Source of the DNA: Candidatus Methylomirabilis sp.
Lineage (GTDB): Bacteria > Methylomirabilota > Methylomirabilia > Methylomirabilales > Methylomirabilaceae
Direction of reading: 5' to 3'
DNA: 15,229 bases
Assembly (NCBI GenBank): GCA_041498975.1
Contig: JBGQJI010000054.1
Coordinates: 1-15,229 of the forward strand
In this document: piece after piece, positions 1 to 10,900 of the stretch
How the letters are laid out: every line of letters begins with the position of its first letter
Numbering within the stretch: the stretch's first letter is position 1
Program-made: the position numbers and the translations under genes
Notes under the pieces: model-generated
What the model was told of the DNA's origin: nothing
Seen by the model: the letters and a program-made list of their open reading frames with translations, nothing else
Databases searched by the model: none

Positions 1-1
1 C

Positions 2-1066
2 ATCCCGGCCGGTGTTCAGGCCCTGCGGATTAGAGGCCATCGGGTCATTGTCCAGCGAGGGGCCGGGCTCGGCTCTGGCCTGTCGGACGAGGCATACGCC
101 AAGGCGGGGGCGGAGCTGGTCGCCGATCCGAAGGCGATCTACGCCGAGGCCGATCTCATCTACAAGGTGAAGGAGCCCCTCCCTCCGGAGTGCGAACTGC
201 TCCGCGAAGGCCAAGTCGTGTTCACCTATCTCCACCTTGCGCCCGCTCCTGAATTGACGAAGGTCCTCCTGGACCGGCGAGTGGTAGGAGTGGCCTACGA
301 GACGGTGGAGACGCGGGACGGGCGGAAGCCGCTGCTCGAACCGATGAGCGAGGTCGCCGGACGCATGGCGGTGCATATCGGGGCGCACTATCTGGCCACA
401 CCCCATGGCGGTCGGGGCGTGCTGCTTGGAGGGGTGCCGGGGGTTCCACCTGCAACTGTCGTGATCCTCGGGGGCGGAACCGTCGGGTACAACGCGGCAA
501 AGGTGGCCGCCGGGATGGGCGCCTGGGTGTATCTGCTGGACGTAGATTCAGCCCGTATGCGCTACCTCGACGAGATCTTGCCCGACAACGTGACGACCCT
601 GATCTCCAACCAGATGAGCATCGAGGAGTGCGTGAGACGGGCCGACCTCCTCATCAGTGCCGTGTACATCGCGGGGGCCCGAGCACCCAAGCTGGTGACC
701 CGCGAGATGGTGAAGCGCATGAAGCCCGGGTCGGTGATAGTCGATGTTGCCATCGACCAGGGCGGCTGCGTCGAGACCAGCCGGCCCACCACGCATACCG
801 ATCCGGTCTTCAAGGTGGATGGCATCCTGCACTACTGCGTTGCGAACATGCCTGGGGCCTTTGCCAGGACTTCGACCTTCGCCCTGACGAACGTCACCCT
901 CCCTTACGCGATACGGCTCGCCGACAGCGGTTGGCGCCGGGCCGTTCTGGAGAGTCCGGAGCTGTCGCTGGGGCTGAATGTCGCCCTGGGCCACGTCACC
1001 CATCCTGCCGTGGCGAAGGCGCATGGCCTGTCTTACGTCCCGCCCGAGGAAGCGGCAAAGGGATAA
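2..1066 (+). CDS. ald: Alanine dehydrogenase (5'-truncated by window edge)
   Basis: The frame of ORF 167..1066 is open back to position 2 (IPAGVQAL...GAGLGSGLSDEAY...IYKVKEP). It has the Ald motifs KVKEP, FTYLHLA, PMSEVAGRM, Rossmann ILGGGTVG, DVAIDQGGC and HYCVANMPGA. Confidence 0.96.
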   Translation: MPAGVQALRIRGHRVIVQRGAGLGSGLSDEAYAKAGAELVADPKAIYAEADLIYKVKEPLPPECELLREGQVVFTYLHLAPAPELTKVLLDRRVVGVAYETVETRDGRKPLLEPMSEVAGRMAVHIGAHYLATPHGGRGVLLGGVPGVPPATVVILGGGTVGYNAAKVAAGMGAWVYLLDVDSARMRYLDEILPDNVTTLISNQMSIEECVRRADLLISAVYIAGARAPKLVTREMVKRMKPGSVIVDVAIDQGGCVETSRPTTHTDPVFKVDGILHYCVANMPGAFARTSTFALTNVTLPYAIRLADSGWRRAVLESPELSLGLNVALGHVTHPAVAKAHGLSYVPPEEAAKG

Positions 1067-1084
1067 CCGCATCCCAGCCCATCC

Positions 1085-1891
1085 ATGATCTCCGAGACAA
1101 ACCGGCGTGATGTTGGCTCCCATGTGGCGGCCGTCTACGATGCCATGCAGGCGGAGTACGACCAGATCGAGCACCAGTTCTACTTCGCCGAATGTTATCA
1201 GGTGTACCGGCAATGTGTGGGGTGGATCGCCCGCGCAAGGCCGCGAGGCCTGGCGCTCGACCTCGGGTGCGGGACAGGAAAGCAGACGATCCTGCTCGCC
1301 CAGCGGGCCGGCCCGGTGATCGGGATCGACATCTCCGAAAGGATGATCGAGGCGGCCCGGAAGCGATGCGAGCTTCAGTCCAATGTCGGGTTTGTCACCG
1401 GCGACATCACGAAACTCCCCTTCGAGGACGGGTGTGCTCAGGCGATCCTGGCCTACGGCGATGTCATCGGCCACAACTTTACTGCGGTGGGTGTGGTCTT
1501 GACGGAGATGGTGCGAGTCTGCGCCCCCCGCGGCCTCATCTCATTCGAGGTGGACTCGAAGTGGTGCCCCGACCTGCTCTACCTTCCGAGGGAGCTCTGG
1601 CGGGCGATCAGGACCCGGGGTGGGCACCTGCGGGAGTGGAAGGGGATGCAGTTCAAGACCTTCACCTGGCGAGAGCTGCAGCGCCTTCTCCGGTCGCACG
1701 GCCTGAGGCTGGTGGAAGTACGGAGCATGAATATCCTGACGATGCTGATCCCGCCGTCGCTTCTCTTTCGACGTAGAGAGGAAGCACCTCGCTTCGATGC
1801 CTTCTTCCAGCACGTGATGAGGCTCGACGTGGCACTGGGAAGGGTTCTCCGGTGTGGCTCCACCAGGATCGTGACGGTGGAGAAACGATAA
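1085..1891 (+). CDS. Class I SAM-dependent methyltransferase, substrate unknown
   Basis: Motif I ALDLGCGTG, followed by VIGIDISERMIE and GDITKLPFED; 268 aa, 18 bp downstream of ald. Confidence 0.85.
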   Translation: MISETNRRDVGSHVAAVYDAMQAEYDQIEHQFYFAECYQVYRQCVGWIARARPRGLALDLGCGTGKQTILLAQRAGPVIGIDISERMIEAARKRCELQSNVGFVTGDITKLPFEDGCAQAILAYGDVIGHNFTAVGVVLTEMVRVCAPRGLISFEVDSKWCPDLLYLPRELWRAIRTRGGHLREWKGMQFKTFTWRELQRLLRSHGLRLVEVRSMNILTMLIPPSLLFRRREEAPRFDAFFQHVMRLDVALGRVLRCGSTRIVTVEKR

Positions 1892-1913
1892 TGGGTGCGA
1901 GGTGCGGGGTGGC

Positions 1914-3104
1914 ATGAAGAGCCGAGGCGTGGCGAGGGTCGTCCTGCACAAGGGGAGGGAGCGACGCGCGATGGCCGGACACCCCTGGATTTATCAGGGC
2001 GAGATCCAGCGTGTTGAGGGCGGTCCGGCCCCTGGTGAGCTTGTCGAAGTCCGTGACGCCAGGGGTCGCTTCATCGGGCGTGGCTACATCAATCCCCGCT
2101 CGCAGATCGCGGTCCGCCTCCTGACCTGGCAAGATGAAGCGATCGACGAATCATTCCTGCGCCGCCGGATCCAGGCGTGCATCGACCTCCGAAAACGATG
2201 CGTGGCCGACGCCGAGGCCTACCGGGTAGTCTTCGGCGAAGCCGACCAGCTTCCGGGCCTGGTCGTCGATCGTTACGGAGAGATCCTGGTGGTCCAGTTC
2301 TTGACGGCGGGGATCGAGGCGCTGCGCGACATGCTCGTAGGGCTCCTCCTCGACTGCCTTCATCCTCGGGGGATCTACGCGAGGAATGATGCGCCTGCGA
2401 GAGAGCTTGAGGGGCTCAAGCGGACAAGCGAGGTTCTGCACGGGCAGTTCGACACGCTCTTGCAGATCTCCGAAGGAGGGGTCCGTTTCTGGGTGGATAT
2501 CGCTGCGGGTCAGAAGACCGGGCTATTCCTGGATCAGCGGGAAAACCGCGTGCGATTCCGGTCTTTCGCGGAGGGACGTGAGGTTCTGGATGCCTTCTGC
2601 TATACCGGCGGCTTCGGCCTGCACGCGGCCGCTGCGGGAGCCAAGTCGGTGCTGGGCGTCGAACTGTCCAAGGATGCGGCGGCGTTGGCCGTAAGGAACG
2701 CGGAGTTAAACGGCCTCGAGAACATAGTCCGGGTTGTCGAGGGGAATGCGTTCGACGAGCTGCACTCGATGGATCGTGAAGAGAGGCGCTTCGACCTGAT
2801 CGTTCTGGACCCTCCGGCGTTTACCAAGGGGAAAGAGGCGCTGCAGAATGCTATCCGCGGCTACAAGGAGATCAATCTCCGGGCGATGAAACTGCTGCGT
2901 GACGGGGGGATCCTGGTCACCTGTTCCTGCTCCTATCATCTCCCGGTCGAGCTATTCCGGGAGATGCTGGTGGACGCGGCGGCGGACGCCCATCGTCGGT
3001 TCCGGCTCGTCGAGTTCCGCACGCAGGCTCAGGATCATCCGATCTTGCTCAGCGTTCGGGAGACCCACTATCTGAAGTGCGCTGTACTGGAGGCTGTGTC
3101 CTAA
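1914..3104 (+). CDS. rlmI: RlmI-family SAM-dependent rRNA methyltransferase (PUA domain + MTase)
   Basis: GHPWIY PUA-like N-terminus, GEADQLPGLVVDRY, GQKTGLFLDQRENR, VLDAFCYTGGF, LDPPAF, TCSCS, YLK. ATG at 1914 preferred over GTG at 1902. The exact rRNA target is not verifiable here. Confidence 0.88.
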   Translation: MKSRGVARVVLHKGRERRAMAGHPWIYQGEIQRVEGGPAPGELVEVRDARGRFIGRGYINPRSQIAVRLLTWQDEAIDESFLRRRIQACIDLRKRCVADAEAYRVVFGEADQLPGLVVDRYGEILVVQFLTAGIEALRDMLVGLLLDCLHPRGIYARNDAPARELEGLKRTSEVLHGQFDTLLQISEGGVRFWVDIAAGQKTGLFLDQRENRVRFRSFAEGREVLDAFCYTGGFGLHAAAAGAKSVLGVELSKDAAALAVRNAELNGLENIVRVVEGNAFDELHSMDREERRFDLIVLDPPAFTKGKEALQNAIRGYKEINLRAMKLLRDGGILVTCSCSYHLPVELFREMLVDAAADAHRRFRLVEFRTQAQDHPILLSVRETHYLKCAVLEAVS

Positions 3105-3204
3105 TGCTGTTCCAACTTGTTGCGGCGATTGGCAGACACGTATACAGGGCATACGTCTCTCTTACCGGAGCCACACTGCTCCGGCGTAAGTGGTTGGAAC
3201 GGCA
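3105..3204. mobile_element. 100-bp MITE-like element, 12-bp TIRs, CTAA target duplication
   Basis: TGCTGTTCCAAC (3105-3116) and GTTGGAACGGCA (3193-3204) are inverted repeats (11/12). Flanked by CTAA at 3101-3104 and 3205-3208. Two internal hairpins at 3138-3156 and 3161-3190. Confidence 0.65.
3161..3190. terminator. Hairpin between convergent rlmI and yajC; possible terminator
   Basis: CTTACCGGAGC-cacact-GCTCCGGCGTAAG stem-loop. There is no clear U-tract, so terminator function is uncertain. Confidence 0.3.
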
Positions 3205-3546
3205 CTAATCGCTCTTTGCTCTCCCGCCCTCGGCCCCGCCGGTTACTTTTCCCGAGATGGCGCTCCTGGCGATGTCAACCTTGACGTTCTCTGCAATCTT
3301 GACCTTGATCCGATTGTCCTCTCCGAACCCGATGATCGTCCCGTAGAGTCCTCCCGACGTCACAATCTGGTCCCCGGTCTTGAGGCTGTTGAGCATCTCT
3401 TTGAGATCCCGCTGCTTCTTCTGCTGCGGGCGGATCAGCAAGAAATAAAAGACAGCGAACATCAAGAGCAGCGGAATGAAGGCCGTCAGCCCGCCTCCAG
3501 GCCCTCCCCCACCGGGAAACCCTCCTGCTGCATGCGCAATTCCCAT
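3205..3546 (-). CDS. yajC: Preprotein translocase subunit YajC
   Basis: True start is the ATG at 3546 after GGAGGA (the 3819 ORF start overlaps tgt). Motifs FYFLLIRPQQKKQ, LKTGDQIVTSGGLYGTI; canonical position after tgt. Confidence 0.95.
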   Translation of the reverse strand: MGIAHAAGGFPGGGGPGGGLTAFIPLLLMFAVFYFLLIRPQQKKQRDLKEMLNSLKTGDQIVTSGGLYGTIIGFGEDNRIKVKIAENVKVDIARSAISGKVTGGAEGGRAKSD

Positions 3547-3548
3547 GT

Positions 3549-5865
<2,317 letters not shown>

Positions 5866-5898
5866 AGGTGAGGCGTCTCCTAACGGCGCCGGGTCCGT

Positions 5899-6123
5899 TC
5901 ACCGACGGCTGAAGAAGGAGAACAGCAGTGTCAGGATGATGCTCAGGAGGATCGAGGTGGCAAGGGGGAAGTAAAAGATGAAGTTCTTGCGTTGGATATA
6001 GATGTCTCCGGGAAGCCTCCCGATGTACGGGACCCTCCCGATAAATAGCAGGATCCCGCCCACGGCGGCAAGGATGAGCCCAAACATGATCAATAGCTTG
6101 GCGAAGGAATCGAATTCCTGCAT
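5899..6123 (-). CDS. DUF2905-family small membrane protein
   Basis: 74 aa, two hydrophobic segments flanking GRLPGDI..RKNF.FYFPLATSILLS; usual position between ruvB and queA. Confidence 0.9.
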   Translation of the reverse strand: MQEFDSFAKLLIMFGLILAAVGGILLFIGRVPYIGRLPGDIYIQRKNFIFYFPLATSILLSIILTLLFSFFSRR

Positions 6124-6164
6124 TGCCCCTCAACCTGCTGCAGACTCAAGCCTTTCTCAGTTAG

Positions 6165-6375
6165 CCCCGATCCGAAAATATCCAGTCGGGTGGGTAGCGC
6201 GGCCAGCGGGTCCTGTCGCAGTGAGCAGCCCCCGTCGTCCTCGCTCCACCCATCCCCCAGTGGGGCCCTTCCGCTGCGGGCCGGGTACCCGCGCCGAGGG
6301 CGTGGGTGGGCGCCCGCTCACCGCGCCACCCGTTGGCTAGCCAGACATCGCAGGCCTATTAGTTTCGGATTGGGG
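6165..6375. mobile_element. 211-bp MITE-like element with 13-bp TIRs at the ruvB stop codon
   Basis: CCCCGATCCGAAA (6165-6177) and TTTCGGATTGGGG (6363-6375) are inverted (12/13). Flanked by TTAG (6161-6164) and TTAA (6376-6379). The interior is GC-rich and self-complementary. Confidence 0.6.
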
Positions 6376-7431
6376 TTAACCCTGCCACAGCTCGCCCGGG
6401 AGCCCGACGGGAGGGGAAGCCTTGAAGTGATCAAAAGCCAGGCGCGTGGCGGTCCGACCCCTGGGAGTCCTGGCCAGATACCCGAGCTGGATCAAAAACG
6501 GCTCGTAGACGTCTTCGATCGTCTCCTTTTCCTCTCCCACGGCGACTGCCAGCGTCTCGATTCCCACCGGCCCACCGGAAAACTTTTCGATGATGGTCTG
6601 GAGGATCCGCCGATCCATCTCGTCGAATCCTTTCTCGTCCACCTCCAACCGCTCCAGCGACATCTGGGCAACCTCACGCGTAATGACCCCATCCCTCAGT
6701 ACCTGCGCGAAATCCCTGACCCTGCGGAGGAGGCGGTTGGCCACCCTGGGCGTCCCTCTGGAGCGTCGAGCGATTTCCCATGCGCCGTCTTCCATGATCG
6801 ACACGTCGAGGATCTTCGCAGAGCGAATGACGATCTTGAACAGGTCCGCCTCGTCATAAAAGTCAAGGCGCAGGACCACCCCGAACCTATTCAGCAAAGG
6901 TGAGGTCAGGAGCCCGGCACGGGTCGTAGCCCCGATCAGCGTGAAACGGGGCAGGTTCAAGGGGAAGATCTGAGCGCTGGGACCTTGACCGATGATCAGG
7001 TCCAGCTTGTAGTCCTCCATCGCCGGGTAGAGCGACTCCTCCACGAGCGGGTTCAGCCGGTGGATCTCATCGATGAACAGGACGTCCCGCTCCCGAAGAT
7101 TGGTGAGGATCGCCGCCAGGTCCTTCTGCCGTTCGACCACTGGCCCGGAGGTGGCCCGGATATTCACACCCATCTCGGAGGCAATGATGAACGCAAGGGT
7201 GGTCTTACCGAGACCGGGTGGACCATAGAAGAGCAGGTGGTCCAGCGCTTCCTTTCGTGCCGTTGCCCCCTGGATGAAGACCTGGAGGTTCGCTTTGACC
7301 TTCTCCTGACCGACGTAGTCATCCCAGGCCCTCGGCCGCAGGCTTTGCTCGAGCTGCTGATCCTCGTCTTGAAGGTGACGGGTCGTCACACGCTCAGGCC
7401 CACTCTCCCCGCGCTTCCCTGCCATCGTCAT
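6376..7431 (-). CDS. ruvB: Holliday junction branch migration helicase RuvB
   Basis: LRP...YVGQ, Walker [10 protein letters not shown], Walker [51 protein letters not shown] at 7431 overlaps the ruvA stop; alternative start at 7425. Confidence 0.98.
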   Translation of the reverse strand: MTMAGKRGESGPERVTTRHLQDEDQQLEQSLRPRAWDDYVGQEKVKANLQVFIQGATARKEALDHLLFYGPPGLGKTTLAFIIASEMGVNIRATSGPVVERQKDLAAILTNLRERDVLFIDEIHRLNPLVEESLYPAMEDYKLDLIIGQGPSAQIFPLNLPRFTLIGATTRAGLLTSPLLNRFGVVLRLDFYDEADLFKIVIRSAKILDVSIMEDGAWEIARRSRGTPRVANRLLRRVRDFAQVLRDGVITREVAQMSLERLEVDEKGFDEMDRRILQTIIEKFSGGPVGIETLAVAVGEEKETIEDVYEPFLIQLGYLARTPRGRTATRLAFDHFKASPPVGLPGELWQG

Positions 7432-8054
7432 CCCCTCTTCGCGGTCCCCTCGGAAAGGTTTTTCAGGGCTTGCTTGACGAGCCTTTCAAAGTCTGCTTCG
7501 GTCTCGAGATCTTGCCGCGCCGCCTCCGCCGCCCTGGTGGCCTCCTTGCGGCTGCAGCCTAAGTTCAGCAGCGCGGAGACCACGTCTTCGACCGTCTGGT
7601 CTCGTTCCGACCTCGGCTGCCGTCCCGCCACCACCGGACGCGCGCGAGGCACCTCCAGGATCTTGTCCTTCAATTCCAAGATCACGCGCTCCGCCGTCTT
7701 CCTGCCTACCCCGGGGATCGCCTTCAGCCGTGCCAGGTCGCCCTCGAGGATGGCCGGAACGAACTCCTCCACGGAGATCCCGGACAGGATGTTCGAGGCA
7801 AGGCGGGGACCGATCCCTGAGACTCCCGTCAACAGCTCGAAGGTCGCCCTCTCTTCAGGGGTATGAAACCCGTACAGGTGGATCGCATCCTCCCGGACGT
7901 GCGTATACACGCGGAGGAAGACCTCCTGCTGGACCGGCGGAAGCTGATAGTACGTGGAGAGGGGGACAAACACCTGATATCCCACGCCGTTCACATCGAC
8001 CACAATCTGCCCGGGCTCCTTGGACACCAATCGCCCTCGGAGTTGCGCGATCAC
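7428..8054 (-). CDS. ruvA: Holliday junction DNA-binding subunit RuvA
   Basis: MIAQLRG, VNGVGY, HVRED..LYGF, HhH motifs VSGIGPRLA and [21 protein letters not shown] overlap with ruvC. Confidence 0.97.
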   Translation of the reverse strand: MIAQLRGRLVSKEPGQIVVDVNGVGYQVFVPLSTYYQLPPVQQEVFLRVYTHVREDAIHLYGFHTPEERATFELLTGVSGIGPRLASNILSGISVEEFVPAILEGDLARLKAIPGVGRKTAERVILELKDKILEVPRARPVVAGRQPRSERDQTVEDVVSALLNLGCSRKEATRAAEAARQDLETEADFERLVKQALKNLSEGTAKRG

Positions 8055-8551
8055 CGTCCCGTGCCTCTCAAGAGATGTCGGAGCCCGGCCGAGTGATGGT
8101 GGCAGATGGCGATGGCTAGGGCGTCGGCGGCGTCCGTCGAGCGCGGCGGCTCGTCCAGCCCCAGGAGCGACTGGACCATCCGCTGGACTTGGCCTTTGCC
8201 CGCAGCGCCATACCCCGTCACGGCGCTTTTCACCTGCAGCGGCGTGTACTCTGCAATGGCAAGCCCGCCTTGGGCGGCCGCCAGGAGAGCGACCCCTCGC
8301 ACCTGGCCCAGCTTGAACGCGCTTTGCGCATTTTTCGCAAAGACAAGGGTTTCGATGGCGGCCCAGTCCGGCTGGTGGCGCCGGATCAGTTCGGCCAGAC
8401 GGCTGAAGATCTGCTGCAGGCGGGAAGGGAACGAGTCGATCGATGAGGTGATGATGCTTCCATATTCCACGGCTCGCAACGCACCGTGACTGCGAGCCAC
8501 CATCCCATAGCCGGTGGCGCTGGCCCCCGGATCGACCCCTAAGACCAGCAC
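8051..8551 (-). CDS. ruvC: Crossover junction endodeoxyribonuclease RuvC
   Basis: LGVDPG..TGYG, AIE, EYTPLQVKSAVTGYGAAGKGQV, DAADALAIAICH. Confidence 0.97.
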   Translation of the reverse strand: MLVLGVDPGASATGYGMVARSHGALRAVEYGSIITSSIDSFPSRLQQIFSRLAELIRRHQPDWAAIETLVFAKNAQSAFKLGQVRGVALLAAAQGGLAIAEYTPLQVKSAVTGYGAAGKGQVQRMVQSLLGLDEPPRSTDAADALAIAICHHHSAGLRHLLRGTGR

Positions 8552-8584
8552 GTGACTCCCATCGGGATCATCGAGCGATTCAAC

Positions 8585-9334
8585 CTATCCGGTCATCGCC
8601 GCCATGATCTCTTCGGGGATGTCGAAGTTGGCGTACACATTCTGGACGTCGTCGTGCTCCTCCAGCTCCTCCATCAATTGCAGCATCTGTTGGGCCTGTC
8701 TCCCTTCCAGCTTCACGGTGCTCTGCGGGAGCATGGTGACTTCGCCGGTGGCCATCTCGATCTTCTCCTTCGCCAGGCATTCCTTGACGCGTTCGAGATC
8801 TTTGGGCGCGGTGATGACTTCGAAGAGATTCTCCGCCCTTCGGACATCCTCGGCGCCCGCTTCCAGCGCGACGCCAAATAATTGATCCTCATCAGTTCCG
8901 GCCGCTTCAACCTGAATCAGCCCCTTCTTTTCAAACATCCAGGCGACGCACCCGGCTTCTCCCAGGCTCGCTCCATGCTTGGCGAAGATCTTCCGGATCT
9001 CCGCCGCGGTGCGGTTCTTGTTATCGGTCAGCACTTCCGACAGGACGGCGACGCCGCCCGGGCCGTACCCTTCATACACATACTCCTCGTAGGAAACCCC
9101 GGGGAGCTCGCCCGTCCCCTTCTGGATCGCTCGCTGGATGTTGTCTTGGGGCATGTTGACCGACTTGGCCTTGTCGATGGCCAGTCGGAGGCGGGGATTT
9201 CCGGCAAGGTCGCCGCCGCCAACCCTAGCGGAGATGGTGATCTCCCTGATCACCTTGGTGAATATGCGACCCCGCTGGGCATCGACCTTGGCTTTCTTGT
9301 GCTTGATGCCCGCCCACTTGGAATGCCCTGACAT
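8585..9334 (-). CDS. yebC: YebC/PmpR family protein
   Basis: [56 protein letters not shown] upstream. Confidence 0.97.
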   Translation of the reverse strand: MSGHSKWAGIKHKKAKVDAQRGRIFTKVIREITISARVGGGDLAGNPRLRLAIDKAKSVNMPQDNIQRAIQKGTGELPGVSYEEYVYEGYGPGGVAVLSEVLTDNKNRTAAEIRKIFAKHGASLGEAGCVAWMFEKKGLIQVEAAGTDEDQLFGVALEAGAEDVRRAENLFEVITAPKDLERVKECLAKEKIEMATGEVTMLPQSTVKLEGRQAQQMLQLMEELEEHDDVQNVYANFDIPEEIMAAMTG

Positions 9335-9359
9335 GTCTTATCCCCCTTTCCGCGTAGCG

Positions 9360-9389
9360 AAAGTACCACAGGAACTCACGGACTGTAAA
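9360..9389 (-). promoter_or_regulatory. Putative sigma70 promoter for the yebC-ruvCAB-queA-tgt-yajC operon
   Basis: Minus strand TTTACA (9389-9384), 18-nt spacer ending in TG-G, TACTTT (9365-9360); about 25 nt upstream of the yebC ATG. Confidence 0.5.
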
Positions 9390-9500
9390 GGAAAATTGCC
9401 CTGTCAGGTTCTGCAGATTCACCACACGGAGACCGTGTGGCCAGGTGGAAAATGACGTGGCGGATCAGCGGCTCCGAGGCCGGAAACCCCTGGAAAAGAC

Positions 9501-9530
9501 TTGACTCTGCCTTCTTTAATATGATATCGC
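9501..9530 (+). promoter_or_regulatory. Possible sigma70 promoter for the rightward signalling cluster
   Basis: TTGACT (9501-9506) followed by AT-rich TTTAATATGATATC. The -10 spacing is not canonical: 13 nt to TATGAT or 18 nt to TATCGC. Confidence 0.3.
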
Positions 9531-9640
9531 TTGCTCGATTTTCTTGTTGAATGCCTCGCCCGGTTTGTCTGTCAGCTCTTCGCTTCAAGACGTGATGAGG
9601 CAAGGGGGCGATCACCATTGTGTGTATCCGGGGAGCTTCG

Positions 9641-10882
9641 ATGACATCACGCCTCCGAGCCGCCGCAGGTCTTTTGCTGGTCCTGTGGGTCGGATGGTTT
9701 GTCGCCGCCGCTGACGCCGGGGACCTCAAGGACACTATCAAGAATCTCTACGGCCCCGAGGGGATCCGCGTCGAACCGAGCCCCTTTTTTAACGCAGAAA
9801 CCCGCTTCCAGGCATCGTCTCTCCAAGGGCTTGACCAGCTCAACAACCAGTTGACTTCCGCCATAGGGGTTCCCTCGTTCAATTCCTCAGTCACTGGTTT
9901 TACATTCGACATCGAGCGCGGGATCCCCGTCCAAACCACCGAGAGCCTCGGCCCCTTGCTCACGGAGCGCGCCACGACCCTTGGCGCGCGCAAACTGGAC
10001 GTGACCTTCACCTACACCCGGGTTAACTTCACCAAACTGCAGGGAAAAGATCTAAACAATCTGGAGCTAACCTTCCGCCGCAACGATGTGAACGAGGGGT
10101 GCGATCCGAGCGTCCGCCAATTTCTAGCACGTTGCGACATCATCAAGGCCGACCTGAAGGTCGATCTCACTGAGGATATTTTTGCGCTCATCGGGACCTA
10201 TGGCCTGACGTCTGAATGGGATGTGGGAGTCGTCATCCCCGTGACCCATATCCGCTTCATCGCCAAAGCCCATGCTGCCATTTTCGATCAGTCCGGCAGA
10301 ATTCGCGGCGGAACCACGTTTGGCGATATCCCCATACACCAGTTCGGCCCCGACTCCACCCCACCAGACGCCTCCGGAGGCGGTGATGAAACCGGCCTCG
10401 GGGACATCATCATCCGAACGAAATACAACTTTTTGCGGAACTACGACGGCTTCATCCCGGATCTGGCGTTCCTGGTTGAATTGAAGCTGCCGACGGGCGA
10501 TGAGGACCAACTTCTGGGAACCGGTGGCACGAACGTGTCGGGTTTCATCGCCGCTTCCAAAACCTACGGGAGATGGTTCACCCCTCACGTCAACCTCGGC
10601 TACGAGATCGATGCGAAGGACACGCGGGAGAGCAGTTTCAGGTATGCCCTCGGCTTCGACGCGCGCGTCTTCCCAGAGCTGTCCTTGGCTGCCGACGTGA
10701 TAGGCCGCTACAAGCCCGACGGAACTGGAACCGGGGATCATATCGTAGACCTGTCGCTCGGCGCGAAATGGAATCCCATCAAGTCATTGATCCTCCGAGG
10801 GAACGTTCAAATTCCACTCGACAAGAATAGCGGCCTTCGGGCGGATTTTATTCCCACAGTAGGTATCGAGTATCTCTTCTAA
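9641..10882 (+). CDS. Outer-membrane beta-barrel, COG4313 / 'MetA-pathway of phenol degradation'-like transporter
   Basis: ATG 9641 after GGGGAG. Signal peptide ending ADA. GLGDIIIRTKY and LKLPTGD motifs, alternating amphipathic strands, C-terminal aromatic beta-signal (GIEYLF). Confidence 0.7.
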   Translation: MTSRLRAAAGLLLVLWVGWFVAAADAGDLKDTIKNLYGPEGIRVEPSPFFNAETRFQASSLQGLDQLNNQLTSAIGVPSFNSSVTGFTFDIERGIPVQTTESLGPLLTERATTLGARKLDVTFTYTRVNFTKLQGKDLNNLELTFRRNDVNEGCDPSVRQFLARCDIIKADLKVDLTEDIFALIGTYGLTSEWDVGVVIPVTHIRFIAKAHAAIFDQSGRIRGGTTFGDIPIHQFGPDSTPPDASGGGDETGLGDIIIRTKYNFLRNYDGFIPDLAFLVELKLPTGDEDQLLGTGGTNVSGFIAASKTYGRWFTPHVNLGYEIDAKDTRESSFRYALGFDARVFPELSLAADVIGRYKPDGTGTGDHIVDLSLGAKWNPIKSLILRGNVQIPLDKNSGLRADFIPTVGIEYLF

Positions 10883-10900
10883 TTTCTCGGGATCTCCTGA

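Noticed and set aside
5866..5898. preQ1 riboswitch upstream of queA
   Set aside because: No preQ1 consensus stem with A-rich tail is visible in the 33-nt gap.
6182..6336. 6S RNA, SRP RNA or tRNA identity for the structured intergenic region
   Set aside because: No SRP GGAA-loop motif, no cloverleaf or T-loop, and no clear 6S-type central bubble. It is left as unclassified pending an Rfam search.
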